A stretch of 64,000 nt of DNA from Candidatus Obscuribacteraceae bacterium (GCA_044226015.1 JBGAHS010000002.1:39029-103028), one strand, 5' to 3'; counted from the first letter of the stretch, positions 45,401 through 54,536 are shown. The notes: generated from the sequence alone by a model not told the origin. Numbers and translations are program-made.

Positions 45401-45705
45401 GGGCTACTCGATCGTTCCAGCAATTGGGGCTCGCTCCAGCAATTAGGGCTACATTGCTTAAAGTAGGCTCTGTCTCAATTCCTTCTCCCCAGCTCACCAC
45501 ATATGATACCAAACGGATCCGTTAATAATCCAGAAGCCGCCAGGATGGCAGCACTACCAGAGCTTGTTGAATGGACCCTACCGGAAGTAGACTTCCTCCT
45601 CCGAGCTTTGAATTAAATAATTCCTCCAGCTGAATCATAATGTGAAGGATCTGGGTAGATAGTAAATGACAATGTAGTTTAAGCAGACTATTTGGGGATG
45701 ATTTT

Positions 45706-46506
45706 ATGCAATTTGACAAAGCTGAAGGGCAAAATCCTGAGAAACAAGAAGCCCCCCAACCGAATTTTGATGTGGTGAAGAGCTTCCAGGAAGATCAACT
45801 CAGTAAAAACACCGAGAAAAGCATAAGTTCAACCGACAAGGCAAATTCCTCTACTGACACCGCTAAGGACTCGTTGAAAGAGTTGAACGCGTCACAAATT
45901 GCCGATTTGATAATAAAGAACAAAGGCTTCGGAGCTAAAGGTAGCGAAGACAGAGACAAAATTGACAGCGCACTCGGAAAAGCTTTCGATAAAAGCATGA
46001 AGAACCCCGATACGGGAAACCTTAGCAAAGATGAAAACAAAGACTTGGCAAAGAAGGTCAACGAAGAGTTAGCGAAAAAGAACTCCGACTTACGTGTGGA
46101 TTTCGACAGCAAAGGCGGTGGCGGTGGCGGTGGTCGACGCAGTGATGGGCTGAGTGAAAAACACCAGGAAAAAGATGGCAGCTTCAGTGTTACTGAAAAA
46201 GGTAAGCCCGTTGACGAAATTTCCATGCACGGCACAAAAGACACCGTTTATGACAAGAATGGAAAGGTTGTTGGAGAAAGAAGCTCAAGAGAAAGCGAAA
46301 ACGGTGGCAGCGGTGGCGGCTGGGGTAAAGGTCCAGAGCACAATTCTAATTCCGACAAATCCGACAAATCTGGAAAAGATGAATTCAAGCTCGATGACTT
46401 CATTATAGAAGATGGCGGCAAAGGCGGCGGCGGTGGCGGTGGCGGCGGCAAAGGTGGCGGTGGTGGCGGCAAAGGCGGCGGCAAAAGCTTCCCCAAGAAC
46501 GGTTAA
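45706..46506 (+). CDS. hypothetical low-complexity K/D/S/G-rich protein with poly-Gly/Lys tail
   Basis: GGGGA SD before ATG 45706. No signal peptide. GGGGGGGRR mid-region and C-terminal GGKGGGGGGGGGKGGGGGGKGGGK. Coding status rests on ORF length and strand context only. Confidence 0.5.
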   Translation: MQFDKAEGQNPEKQEAPQPNFDVVKSFQEDQLSKNTEKSISSTDKANSSTDTAKDSLKELNASQIADLIIKNKGFGAKGSEDRDKIDSALGKAFDKSMKNPDTGNLSKDENKDLAKKVNEELAKKNSDLRVDFDSKGGGGGGGRRSDGLSEKHQEKDGSFSVTEKGKPVDEISMHGTKDTVYDKNGKVVGERSSRESENGGSGGGWGKGPEHNSNSDKSDKSGKDEFKLDDFIIEDGGKGGGGGGGGGKGGGGGGKGGGKSFPKNG

Positions 46507-46594
46507 CCATTATTTGCCGACTCTTTGTTTCAGAACGGCTTGAAGCAAAACGGGTATGATCAGTACAGGCTCTATCTCCGGAGGGGGTGCGTCA

Positions 46595-48274
46595 ATGCGT
46601 ATTGGGGATTTACTGATCCAGGCAGGTTTTGTCACGCAACAGCAGGTCGATGCAGCACTCAAGCAGCAAAGTTCCGCTCGAAAGACTCCACTGGGCAAGC
46701 ATTTACTCCTGCTCGATTACCTAACCGATGCAGAACTTGAGCTGGTACTACAGGCTCAGCGAAAAATTGCGTTTACAACCATGACCGACCAGCTTGCCAT
46801 CGCTAGCTTGAAATACGCAAAGTTACATAGAGTAGATTTTGAAACCGCAAGCCGCATTGTTTTGAGCTCATTCGCTCAGGACTCCAGCAAGAAGATCACA
46901 CAGCCACTGCCAAAGCCTGAGCAGCCACAAACACCGAAAGCAGATTCATCTATCGGTACAACAAAGATAACAGGCTCAACGGCGCGCTTTTCATCAAACC
47001 CCGACCAGCTTCTCAAGCTTAGCGAAACAGCATACGCTGAAAAACGCTTCGAAGAGTCAGCTAAAGCGCTTGAAGAAGTCAGAACGATTTACGAACGCAG
47101 CGATGGTTTCTCTACAGACCTTTTGATTCCTGTATATTCCAGACTGGCAGAAATATACTCATCACTGGGCAAAAATTCACTTGCAGAAGACCGCGTTTTG
47201 AAATTGATCCAGGTCTTGAAACAGGAAACGAAGCTGCTACCTGGCTCGATAACAGCAATTGCACAGGTTGCCCATAATTGCTCAAGACAGGGGCTCAACG
47301 AGCAAGCAGACAAGGTCTACAAGGTGATTCTTCCGCTATGGGCAAAACTTTTACCGTTTGAACAATCACAGTTTCCGTTTTACTTGCGAGATGCAATCTC
47401 ATCTTCAAGAACCTGTCACAAAGCGACAAACAGAAATATAAGAATTGGCGAACTTCTCGTTGAAAGCAAGATTTTAGAAGCGGTGCAATTTCAAGAAGCA
47501 CTGCAAAAGAGCAAACGACTCAGACAGCCACTGGGCAAGGTTCTATCAGAATCAGGGCTAGTAAGAGTGCAAGACCTACGCAATGCAATGCGCGTTCAAT
47601 TGATGTGCAGAGCCGCAGTAATTCCAGTGGAATACGCAGCACTTACAGTCATTGCAGCATCTTGCGCCAAGGAATCAGTTGACATATTTTTCAAATCATT
47701 CTACACATCGTTTGAAAACCCTGCTGCGCTGCTGTTACCGGAACTCATTGAAAAAATGGATAAACTTCTTGTTCTCGAAGAGAAATTGGGAATCAAGAAC
47801 CCGGAAGTTGCATCACTCGCAGTAGAAGTTGCGGACATCTGTCTTCGCCGAAATGAAACAGAAGAGGCAGAGCTGATGCTGCGCCGCGCGCACGCAGTCT
47901 TCGCAGTGGAGTCTGAAACATACAGACTTGATTTGGCAAATACGTGTTACAAAATTGCTCGACTGCTTCAAGCAAAAAACAAATACGAAGAAGCAGAATT
48001 GCTTTTGATGCAATCAATGGAAATCAGGAACCGTTTGCTTGGCGACAAAGACCCTGAACTCGCGGAAGTATTAATCGAGCTGGGTTCATTGTATATCGGG
48101 CAGGGCAATTACCTTCCAGCAGCAGGTTTCCTGAAGTCAGCTTGGGCTATCATCGCCGGCAAGTGCGAAGCTGAGAAATCGCAATTTGTGCTCAAACTGC
48201 TCATCAAATGCTACGAGCAGATGGGAATTGAAAGTGAATGTAATATCTATCGCCAGCAGCTGCCAAACTATTAG
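46595..48274 (+). CDS. protein with two MshEN (T2SS-E N-terminal-like, c-di-GMP-binding type) modules and TPR repeats
   Basis: RIGDLLIQAGFVTQQQVDAALKQQ + SSARKT + PLGKHLLLLDYLTDAELELVLQAQ (about 46598-46759). RIGELLVESKILEAVQFQEALQKS + KRLRQ + PLGKVLSESGLVRVQDLRNAMRVQ (about 47441-47599). TPR/KLC-like repeats follow each module. The start is probably ATG 46595. Confidence 0.75.
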   Translation: MRIGDLLIQAGFVTQQQVDAALKQQSSARKTPLGKHLLLLDYLTDAELELVLQAQRKIAFTTMTDQLAIASLKYAKLHRVDFETASRIVLSSFAQDSSKKITQPLPKPEQPQTPKADSSIGTTKITGSTARFSSNPDQLLKLSETAYAEKRFEESAKALEEVRTIYERSDGFSTDLLIPVYSRLAEIYSSLGKNSLAEDRVLKLIQVLKQETKLLPGSITAIAQVAHNCSRQGLNEQADKVYKVILPLWAKLLPFEQSQFPFYLRDAISSSRTCHKATNRNIRIGELLVESKILEAVQFQEALQKSKRLRQPLGKVLSESGLVRVQDLRNAMRVQLMCRAAVIPVEYAALTVIAASCAKESVDIFFKSFYTSFENPAALLLPELIEKMDKLLVLEEKLGIKNPEVASLAVEVADICLRRNETEEAELMLRRAHAVFAVESETYRLDLANTCYKIARLLQAKNKYEEAELLLMQSMEIRNRLLGDKDPELAEVLIELGSLYIGQGNYLPAAGFLKSAWAIIAGKCEAEKSQFVLKLLIKCYEQMGIESECNIYRQQLPNY

Positions 48275-49273
48275 TCAAAAATGATCTAGTTCAAGCATCA
48301 TTGCGGGAAATTCTTCCGTCCATTCGAACATGAGTTCATCGTACTCTGGCTTCAGTGAGCGAATCATGGGGAAGGACCAGTCTCTCTCAACATGAGCAAG
48401 CCCACTCAGGGGCGGCTCCATGACGTTCCAGCCGCGCACATAGCTAGCCTCATACCTGGCCGCCAGTCTAAAAATCTCAGCCCAAATTGAACAGAACATC
48501 TGTGGGCTCGCGATTACTTCAAGAACACGAAGATAAGGACCTGACTGCTCAATCAGCGCATACCCGCTCTCAAATTTACCGTAATTGTCAGAGAGCAAAC
48601 TCAACTTTGGCCAATTCAGCTTTGAGTGCTGAAATAAGAAAGCTTCTCTCCCCGTCTTATAACGCCAGTAATCCTCATCTCTGGACATGCCGTAAGGCTG
48701 TCGCCGCAGCCACCGCCTATGGTGCCGAACCATTTCGGGAATATCTTCTGCTCTCATAGACCTGACGTTGAATACTTCGTCCAAGTCCGGTGCTGACAGT
48801 TCATCAAGCTTACGAATTGAATACCGCAGCCAATCCGAATTGAGCTTGATTGAAAAAGAGGAATAATCGCAAAGGTCAAACCCGAACCTTTCATAAAACG
48901 CCGGGTCTATATCTGAATTGAGAACCATACCATCGAAGCCATCTTGCACGCAGGACGCAATGAGTTCATCAAACATTTGTCCAGCGTATCCCTTGCCTCG
49001 ATTCTCATCAGCGACAAAGACAGCGCCTACGCCAGCCATTTTGAATTCGCGACCTTTCGAGCAAAAAACAAAATTGTATAACTTGCAGCTTGCCAGCACT
49101 TTTCCATCTTGGGAAACAAGTCCAAGATAATGGAGATTGCGTCGCCCCCAAGCAGAATGCATCTGCCACCACTGGTAGTTCCTATAAGTGCTGCGGTCTA
49201 ATCCGGGTGACCAGATTTCGAAATTCTCAGCGAGCACTTGATTAATTTCGCGATCTTCAAGCCGCCGGAGCAC
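48275..49273 (-). CDS. GNAT-family N-acetyltransferase with extended C-terminal domain (Eis-like architecture)
   Basis: GVGAVFVADENRGKGYAGQMFDELI (acetyl-CoA-binding R/Q-x-x-G-x-G/A motif) and FYERFGF. Its stop abuts the convergent upstream stop with no gap. Confidence 0.75.
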   Translation of the reverse strand: MLRRLEDREINQVLAENFEIWSPGLDRSTYRNYQWWQMHSAWGRRNLHYLGLVSQDGKVLASCKLYNFVFCSKGREFKMAGVGAVFVADENRGKGYAGQMFDELIASCVQDGFDGMVLNSDIDPAFYERFGFDLCDYSSFSIKLNSDWLRYSIRKLDELSAPDLDEVFNVRSMRAEDIPEMVRHHRRWLRRQPYGMSRDEDYWRYKTGREAFLFQHSKLNWPKLSLLSDNYGKFESGYALIEQSGPYLRVLEVIASPQMFCSIWAEIFRLAARYEASYVRGWNVMEPPLSGLAHVERDWSFPMIRSLKPEYDELMFEWTEEFPAMMLELDHF

Positions 49274-49361
49274 ATTACCCTCTTGATCATTCTCGCCAAA
49301 CAGCGTTCAATTCTATCTTCAAGGCTTACAATAAGTCCAGAATAGTTTAGAATATTGGCAC

Positions 49362-50696
49362 ATGAGTGAAAAGAATCAATTTACAGCGTTCCGCGGGCAC
49401 ATCATCAGCCCGATAGATTTCAACAGTTACGAAGACTACGCTGACGGCTGCCTTCTGGTCGATAAAGACGGAAAAATTGCCGATGTTGGAAACTGGCAAG
49501 ATTTAGTCAAGCTCCATGGAACGCCAGCTCAAGTCGTTGACTACGGCAAGCGAGTAATCTTGCCGGGTTTCATCGATTTACATATACATCTGGTACAAAT
49601 TGCACAAACCGGACGGTCAGGTGACACACTTTTGGGCTGGCTCAATAAGTACATTTTTCCTGCAGAAGTAAAATTTGCACGGAAAGAACATGCCACCAAA
49701 CTCGCTGATTGGTTCTTCAGAGAGCTAGCGAAAAATGGCACCACATTGTCCTCGGTGTTCACTAGCATTCACAAAGAAGCAGCAGATATTGCATTCACCA
49801 ACGCAGCTGAGCGCGGCTGTCGAGTCATCATGGGCAAAACTCTGATGGACAGAAATGCACCGGACAATTTGAGCGAAGACTCTGAGCGTTCACTTGCAGA
49901 GTCGGAAGAGCTATGTTCAAAATGGCACAACTACGATAATGGGCGACTTCTTTACGCTGTCACTCCCCGATTTGCACCTACGTCGACAAGTAAGCAACTT
50001 TCTGGTGCAGCCGAGTTGTGGAAAAGGTTTCCAGGCTCATACATGCAAACACATCTTTCAGAAAATATTGATGAGATCGCCTGGGTAAAAGAGCTATTTC
50101 CGGGCTGCAAAAACTACCTTGATGTTTACGCGAGCCATGGTCTCATTGGAAGAAACAGCCTGTTTGCGCACAGCATCCACCTGAGTGACCACGAAATGGA
50201 AAAGTTAGTCCAGTCTGAGTCAGCAGTTGTGCATTGCCCAAGCTCAAATTTGTTCCTTAAGAGTGGTGTCTTTCCATATCAAAGGGCGAAAACAAAAGGA
50301 CTCAAAATGGGGCTTGGCTCTGACGTTGCAGCAGGACCAGAGATGTCTTTATTCAAAGTAATGAAGGACGCTGCATACGTTCAAACCGAATTGTGGCTTG
50401 GGGCTCGCGAATTGATGTATTTAGCGACTCTATCAGGAGCAAAAGCTGTAGGACTTGACGATAAAGTCGGTAGCTTGAGCAAAGGAAAAGAAGCTGACTT
50501 CGTCGTCATTGATCCCAACCTCAAGACCTCAGTACCGAGAGATATTCTGGAGCAGCCTGCCGACGAGATTCTCTCAAGCCTGGTTTATGTTGGAGATGAC
50601 CGCATGGTTGCGGCCACTTATGTCAGAGGCAAAGCCATTTTCAAAAATGACGAAGTTTACGAACACAAGAAAGAAAGCCTTGCCCGCTCAGTCTGA
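49362..50696 (+). CDS. guaD: guanine deaminase (amidohydrolase superfamily)
   Basis: LPGFIDLHIHLVQ, THLSENIDEIAWVKELFPGCKNYLDVY, FAHSIHLSDHE and GLGSDVAAG, the pattern typical of guanine deaminases. Confidence 0.8.
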   Translation: MSEKNQFTAFRGHIISPIDFNSYEDYADGCLLVDKDGKIADVGNWQDLVKLHGTPAQVVDYGKRVILPGFIDLHIHLVQIAQTGRSGDTLLGWLNKYIFPAEVKFARKEHATKLADWFFRELAKNGTTLSSVFTSIHKEAADIAFTNAAERGCRVIMGKTLMDRNAPDNLSEDSERSLAESEELCSKWHNYDNGRLLYAVTPRFAPTSTSKQLSGAAELWKRFPGSYMQTHLSENIDEIAWVKELFPGCKNYLDVYASHGLIGRNSLFAHSIHLSDHEMEKLVQSESAVVHCPSSNLFLKSGVFPYQRAKTKGLKMGLGSDVAAGPEMSLFKVMKDAAYVQTELWLGARELMYLATLSGAKAVGLDDKVGSLSKGKEADFVVIDPNLKTSVPRDILEQPADEILSSLVYVGDDRMVAATYVRGKAIFKNDEVYEHKKESLARSV

Positions 50697-50825
50697 GATT
50701 CACATTTGTAAATATAAACCGCCGCCATCTGGGCTTGTTAGCTAATTAATCTTACTTAGCTTCAATGAAAACCGGTTCCTCCAAGATTTGCGCTACCATA
50801 TTGGCTCACTTCAGAGGGAAACATC

Positions 50826-51410
50826 ATGCCAGTGGACCTGTCCAGACGTGTTTATAAAGACAAGCAACAAGCCACAGCGAATATTCGCGAAGTCTACTCT
50901 GGAGCCCAGGTCAGAGCGCGCATCGCCGAGATGGGAAAACAAATTAGCGAAGACTACCGCGACCTTGAAAGACCAGTTGTAATCGGTGTCATGAAAGGAG
51001 CCATCTTCTTCCTCTCCGATTTAATGCGCGAAATTCAAACTAATGACCCTCTGCAGCTCGAGTTTGTGCGCCTTGCGAGCTACGGTTCTGCAACCGAAAG
51101 TTCCGGCACAGTTCAAACACCTTATTTGGATCTTCCCAACATAGCCCATCGACACATTCTCGTGGTCGAAGACATTATCGATTCAGGAAGAACAGCGAAA
51201 TTCTTTCTCGACTATTTAAAAGGCCAATTCGCTCCGAAGACTCTCAAGATGGCAGCATTGCTAGACAAACCATCACGAAGAGTTGTTGAAATGGAAGCTG
51301 ATTATGTTGGCTTCAAAATTGATGATTTCTTTGTCGTTGGGTATGGGCTAGATTATGCCGAGCAATTCAGAGAACTGCCGTTCCTTGGAGAAGTCACTGA
51401 TTTCAACTAA
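50826..51410 (+). CDS. hpt: hypoxanthine-guanine phosphoribosyltransferase
   Basis: VIGVMKGAIFFLSDL, PRPP loop ILVVEDIIDSGRT, and DYVGFKIDDFFVVGYGLDY. Confidence 0.9.
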   Translation: MPVDLSRRVYKDKQQATANIREVYSGAQVRARIAEMGKQISEDYRDLERPVVIGVMKGAIFFLSDLMREIQTNDPLQLEFVRLASYGSATESSGTVQTPYLDLPNIAHRHILVVEDIIDSGRTAKFFLDYLKGQFAPKTLKMAALLDKPSRRVVEMEADYVGFKIDDFFVVGYGLDYAEQFRELPFLGEVTDFN

Positions 51411-51823
51411 GTCCGGAATCTTGTTTAACGTTGCAGCGGGCGATGGAATTTTGCTGCATTGCGACTAGCACAAACGAATTCCATTTGAATTTTCAGAATG
51501 GATTTTTGGGCGAACCGTTTCAGTTGCCTCGACAAACTTTGGTCTGAACATGAAACAAAAGAATGCCGATAAAGCTTTAGCAAAGCCAGTGACAGCATTG
51601 CAGTCGTTGGCACGAGCTTTTGCCAGCGATTTAAGCGTCGAGATGTCCTGGCGAGTAATTCTGCCATTTTCAGAGGGGCTCTGAGTATAGAGGAGTTCCA
51701 GGTTTTTGTGTTGATACATCGACATCTCAGCGTCCCCCATCAGTTGATGATTAGATATTAGGGAGCAAATCTGAAAACGATCTGAGAATGCGCGAAGCTT
51801 TTGCTTTAATGCTCTGGCCGAAC

Positions 51824-52972
51824 CTAGTATTGCGGCAAAGACGGGTCGACATCGCGCGACCAGGCTAAGACACCGCCTGTCAGATTTCTGATTTTGGAAT
51901 AACCGCGATCAACCAGGTAGTGCAAAGCTCTCATGGAGCGCCCGCCGCTCTTGCAGTAGACAACAATATCTGCGGATTTGTCCAATTCTTTTTCTCGTTC
52001 TACCAACTCGGAAAGCGGAATGTGTTTTGCGTTTGGAAGAATTCCCAGAGCTACTTCCTCGTAATTGCGAACATCGAGAAGAATAAGGTCCTTACCCTCT
52101 TTCAGTTCTTTGTCTAGCTCGATAGGATTTATTACTCGTGTCATTTCAGCCTCCTCTGTGCTGCATTGAATTTCCAAGTCTTTTAGCGAACGAATTGTCG
52201 CGTCCTTTGAACAAACCGGACACGAAGAACTTTTCAAAATTGGAACTGTATCGAAAGTCATCGATAAAGCGTCGTAAATCAAAAGCTTGCCCGAGAGTAT
52301 TTCACCTACACCCAGCAAGATTTTTATGGCTTCACTGGCTTGAATACAACCAATCAACCCAGCCATCACACCGAACACACCACCTTCAGCACAGTTTGGA
52401 ACAGCGTCAGATGGTGGAGGGTCGGGAAACAAGCACCTGTAACATGGACCGTTATTGTGAGAGAACACACTTGCCTGCCCATCCCAACGATAGATTGCTC
52501 CATGTACGTTTGTTTTGCCAGACAAGACACAGGCATCATTTACCAGATATCTCGTAGGGAAATTGTCGCTTCCATCTAAGACCAAATCGAACTCTGAGAT
52601 GATTTCCAGAGCATTAGAAGCATCAAGCCTGACGGGGTACTCTACGACCTCAATTTCCGGGTTGAGGCTTTTGATTCTCTTCGCCGCTGAGCTTGCTTTG
52701 GATGCTCCAACCTCAAGGTCTGCATAAAGAATTTGTCTCTGCAAATTTGATCGATCAACTCGATCAAAATCAACAATGCCAATTTTTCCAACACCAGCTG
52801 CAGCAAGGTAAAGTAGGGCAGGGGACCCCAAGCCACCAGCACCAACGACCAGCACGCTCGCAGTTTTCAGTCGTTGCTGACCGTCTGTGCCCACTTCAGG
52901 AAGCAAAAGGTGACGGCTGTAGCGAACAAGCTCTGATTGACTGAAAGACGATGACACCATAGATTTAGCCAC
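51824..52972 (-). CDS. moeB: MoeB/ThiF-type E1-like adenylyltransferase fused to a C-terminal rhodanese domain (MoeZ-type)
   Basis: YSRHLLLPEVGTDGQQRL, VVGAGGLGSP, CxxC pairs CYRC and CPVC, catalytic-loop NCAEGGV, and rhodanese loop VVYCKSGGRS. Confidence 0.9.
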   Translation of the reverse strand: MAKSMVSSSFSQSELVRYSRHLLLPEVGTDGQQRLKTASVLVVGAGGLGSPALLYLAAAGVGKIGIVDFDRVDRSNLQRQILYADLEVGASKASSAAKRIKSLNPEIEVVEYPVRLDASNALEIISEFDLVLDGSDNFPTRYLVNDACVLSGKTNVHGAIYRWDGQASVFSHNNGPCYRCLFPDPPPSDAVPNCAEGGVFGVMAGLIGCIQASEAIKILLGVGEILSGKLLIYDALSMTFDTVPILKSSSCPVCSKDATIRSLKDLEIQCSTEEAEMTRVINPIELDKELKEGKDLILLDVRNYEEVALGILPNAKHIPLSELVEREKELDKSADIVVYCKSGGRSMRALHYLVDRGYSKIRNLTGGVLAWSRDVDPSLPQY

Positions 52973-53228
52973 CGCTCAAAGCACAAACTATCTGTATTCG
53001 CTCTTGTCCGCTCAATGTATGCGATAAATCAGCAGCCAGGGTTTTGTCCACGTAGATTTTTATGTGTTGGCGAATGGCATCTTGCTCATCAATCATTCTG
53101 AAACGAATTCCCGGATGAGCTTGTTCAAGGTTGTGCAGCGCGTCAAATAACGTGTTGGCAGCCTTGATTTCAACCTGATTTTTGTTTGCTGTGTAAGAGC
53201 GCAACGGACTTGGAATAAGTACTAACAT
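52965..53228 (-). CDS. MoaD/ThiS/CysO-like ubiquitin-fold sulfur carrier ending in Gly-Gly
   Basis: 87 aa from ATG 53228 (MLVLIPSPLRSY...) ending ...IQIVCALSGG then stop. Overlaps the moeB start by 8 nt. The ORF-track entry (to 53375) overlaps the upstream gene and is too long. Confidence 0.8.
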   Translation of the reverse strand: MLVLIPSPLRSYTANKNQVEIKAANTLFDALHNLEQAHPGIRFRMIDEQDAIRQHIKIYVDKTLAADLSHTLSGQERIQIVCALSGG

Positions 53229-53238
53229 ATCGGAAGTC

Positions 53239-54357
53239 TCAGTTAAGTACAGTGACGGAGTAAATCTCTGGAAGGTGCTTAACGAGGCATTTCCAGTTCT
53301 CGCCTTCATCAGTGCTTCCCCAGATTTCACCCTGACTGGTACCGTAATAAAGCCCAAGTGGTTTTCTCGTGTCACAGGTCATCGCTTGTCTTTTGACAGT
53401 GAAATATGCGTTTTTTCTTGGCATACCTTTATCTTGCCGCTGCCATTTCTTGCCACCATCCTTGGTGACATAGACAGCAGGCTTTGCATCAGGACTTGTT
53501 CGTGGCCAAACTGTGCTGCCATCCATCGGGAATACCCACGCCCAATCGACTTTACGGGGATGCGCTACTATCGGAAAGCCAATGTCTCCAATTTCTGGAG
53601 GCATGTTCTTGCCGATGCGAACCCACTCATTTGATGGGCGGTCAATACGATAAATTCCGCAGTGATTCTGATGGTATAGACGATCTGGGTTTAGTGGATG
53701 CAGTATCACACAATGAGGGTCATGCCCATATTCAACGGTCGGGTCGGGAAGGAACTCAGCTTCGACCCCTTTGTTCAGAGGAGTCCAGTGTAGCCCTTTG
53801 TCCTTTGATTCAAAAATTCCGCCAACAGAAATACCAATGTACATGTGATTAGCATCTCGAGGGTCAATCAAAATCGAATGCACAAGGACGCCAGCAGGAG
53901 TCGGTCCGGTAGCAGTCCAATTTTCGTAGTTTGGATTGTCGTTAAATCCCGAAACAGGCTCCCAGGTATTTCCAGCATCTTCGCTGCGGAAAATTCCAGC
54001 AGGGGAAGTACCTGCATACCAAACGTTTGGTTCGCTCTCATGCCCAGGGCTAATCCAAAAAACAGTCTCTACCGAACGTCCTTTTTCGCCCTCTGCAACC
54101 TTTGGGAAAGCAGGAGGGTGCTTAGCCTCCGTCCAAGTTACTCCAGCATCATTCGAAAAATATACAGTCGGTCCTAAATGCCCTGTCTTCGCAGCCATGA
54201 CAACATTCTTAGTGTTTCGAGGATCACTCACTATGTGATAAATAATGTGACCTAAAAACAATGCGGGCGAAATCGTCCACTTTTCCCGTTCTTTGTCGCT
54301 TGAGAGTACAAAAGCTCCCTTTCGTGTACCGACTAAGAGCGACACCTCTTTAGGCAT
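53239..54357 (-). CDS. cytoplasmic BNR/Asp-box beta-propeller protein (sialidase-like / Ycf48-like fold)
   Basis: Five Asp-box-like motifs SNDAGVTW, SEDAGNTW, SKDKGLHW, TKDGGKKW and STDEGENW at regular spacing. No signal peptide. The stop lies 10 nt before the MoaD-like start. Confidence 0.8.
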   Translation of the reverse strand: MPKEVSLLVGTRKGAFVLSSDKEREKWTISPALFLGHIIYHIVSDPRNTKNVVMAAKTGHLGPTVYFSNDAGVTWTEAKHPPAFPKVAEGEKGRSVETVFWISPGHESEPNVWYAGTSPAGIFRSEDAGNTWEPVSGFNDNPNYENWTATGPTPAGVLVHSILIDPRDANHMYIGISVGGIFESKDKGLHWTPLNKGVEAEFLPDPTVEYGHDPHCVILHPLNPDRLYHQNHCGIYRIDRPSNEWVRIGKNMPPEIGDIGFPIVAHPRKVDWAWVFPMDGSTVWPRTSPDAKPAVYVTKDGGKKWQRQDKGMPRKNAYFTVKRQAMTCDTRKPLGLYYGTSQGEIWGSTDEGENWKCLVKHLPEIYSVTVLN

Positions 54358-54536
54358 GGTTTTCCTCCCTCAGATTCAGGATTGCTAGTTTACAAGAAAA
54401 CCAGACTTGCAAGGCAAAGCGTTAACAAATGCTTGCCGGATAAGATTTCCCCGGAAACTGAAGCGGTACCAGGCATCGTCACAGAATCCACCCGAATTTA
54501 GGGTAGACTTAGTTCAGACAGTCAGGTAGAGAAAAT

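Noticed and set aside
46090-46490. GGC/GGT simple-sequence tracts as phase-variation switches
   Set aside because: They are triplet repeats in frame. Slippage would change the Gly-tract length rather than switch the gene off.
45795-46496. Minus-strand ORFs, including a poly-proline one (PPPLPPPPPPLPPPPPPPPPLPP)
   Set aside because: They are the reverse complement of the GGC/GGT-rich glycine tracts of the plus-strand gene, i.e. mirror artefacts of low-complexity DNA.
49274-50825. Purine riboswitch upstream of guaD or hpt
   Set aside because: The 88-nt and 129-nt leaders do not contain the conserved three-way-junction sequences of guanine/adenine riboswitches.
51425-51740. Two overlapping minus-strand ORFs (80 and 91 aa) in the hpt-moeB gap
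   Set aside because: They have no SD, no motif and mutually exclusive frames. The 91-aa one (MSMYQHKNLELLY...) might be real, but I cannot support it. The 414-bp gap remains unexplained and may deserve an RNA-seq look.
52138-54238. Plus-strand ORFs of 80-139 aa (52138-52557, 52340-52579, 53275-53634, 53484-53852, 53845-54177, 53936-54238)
   Set aside because: All are antisense to the moeB and BNR genes, which carry clear motifs.
54358-54536. Possible Moco or other riboswitch in the leader of the BNR-moaD-moeB operon
   Set aside because: I read the leader on the minus strand and could not find the conserved Moco-motif elements I remember. Only weak imperfect hairpins are present. A covariance-model scan would be needed to settle it.
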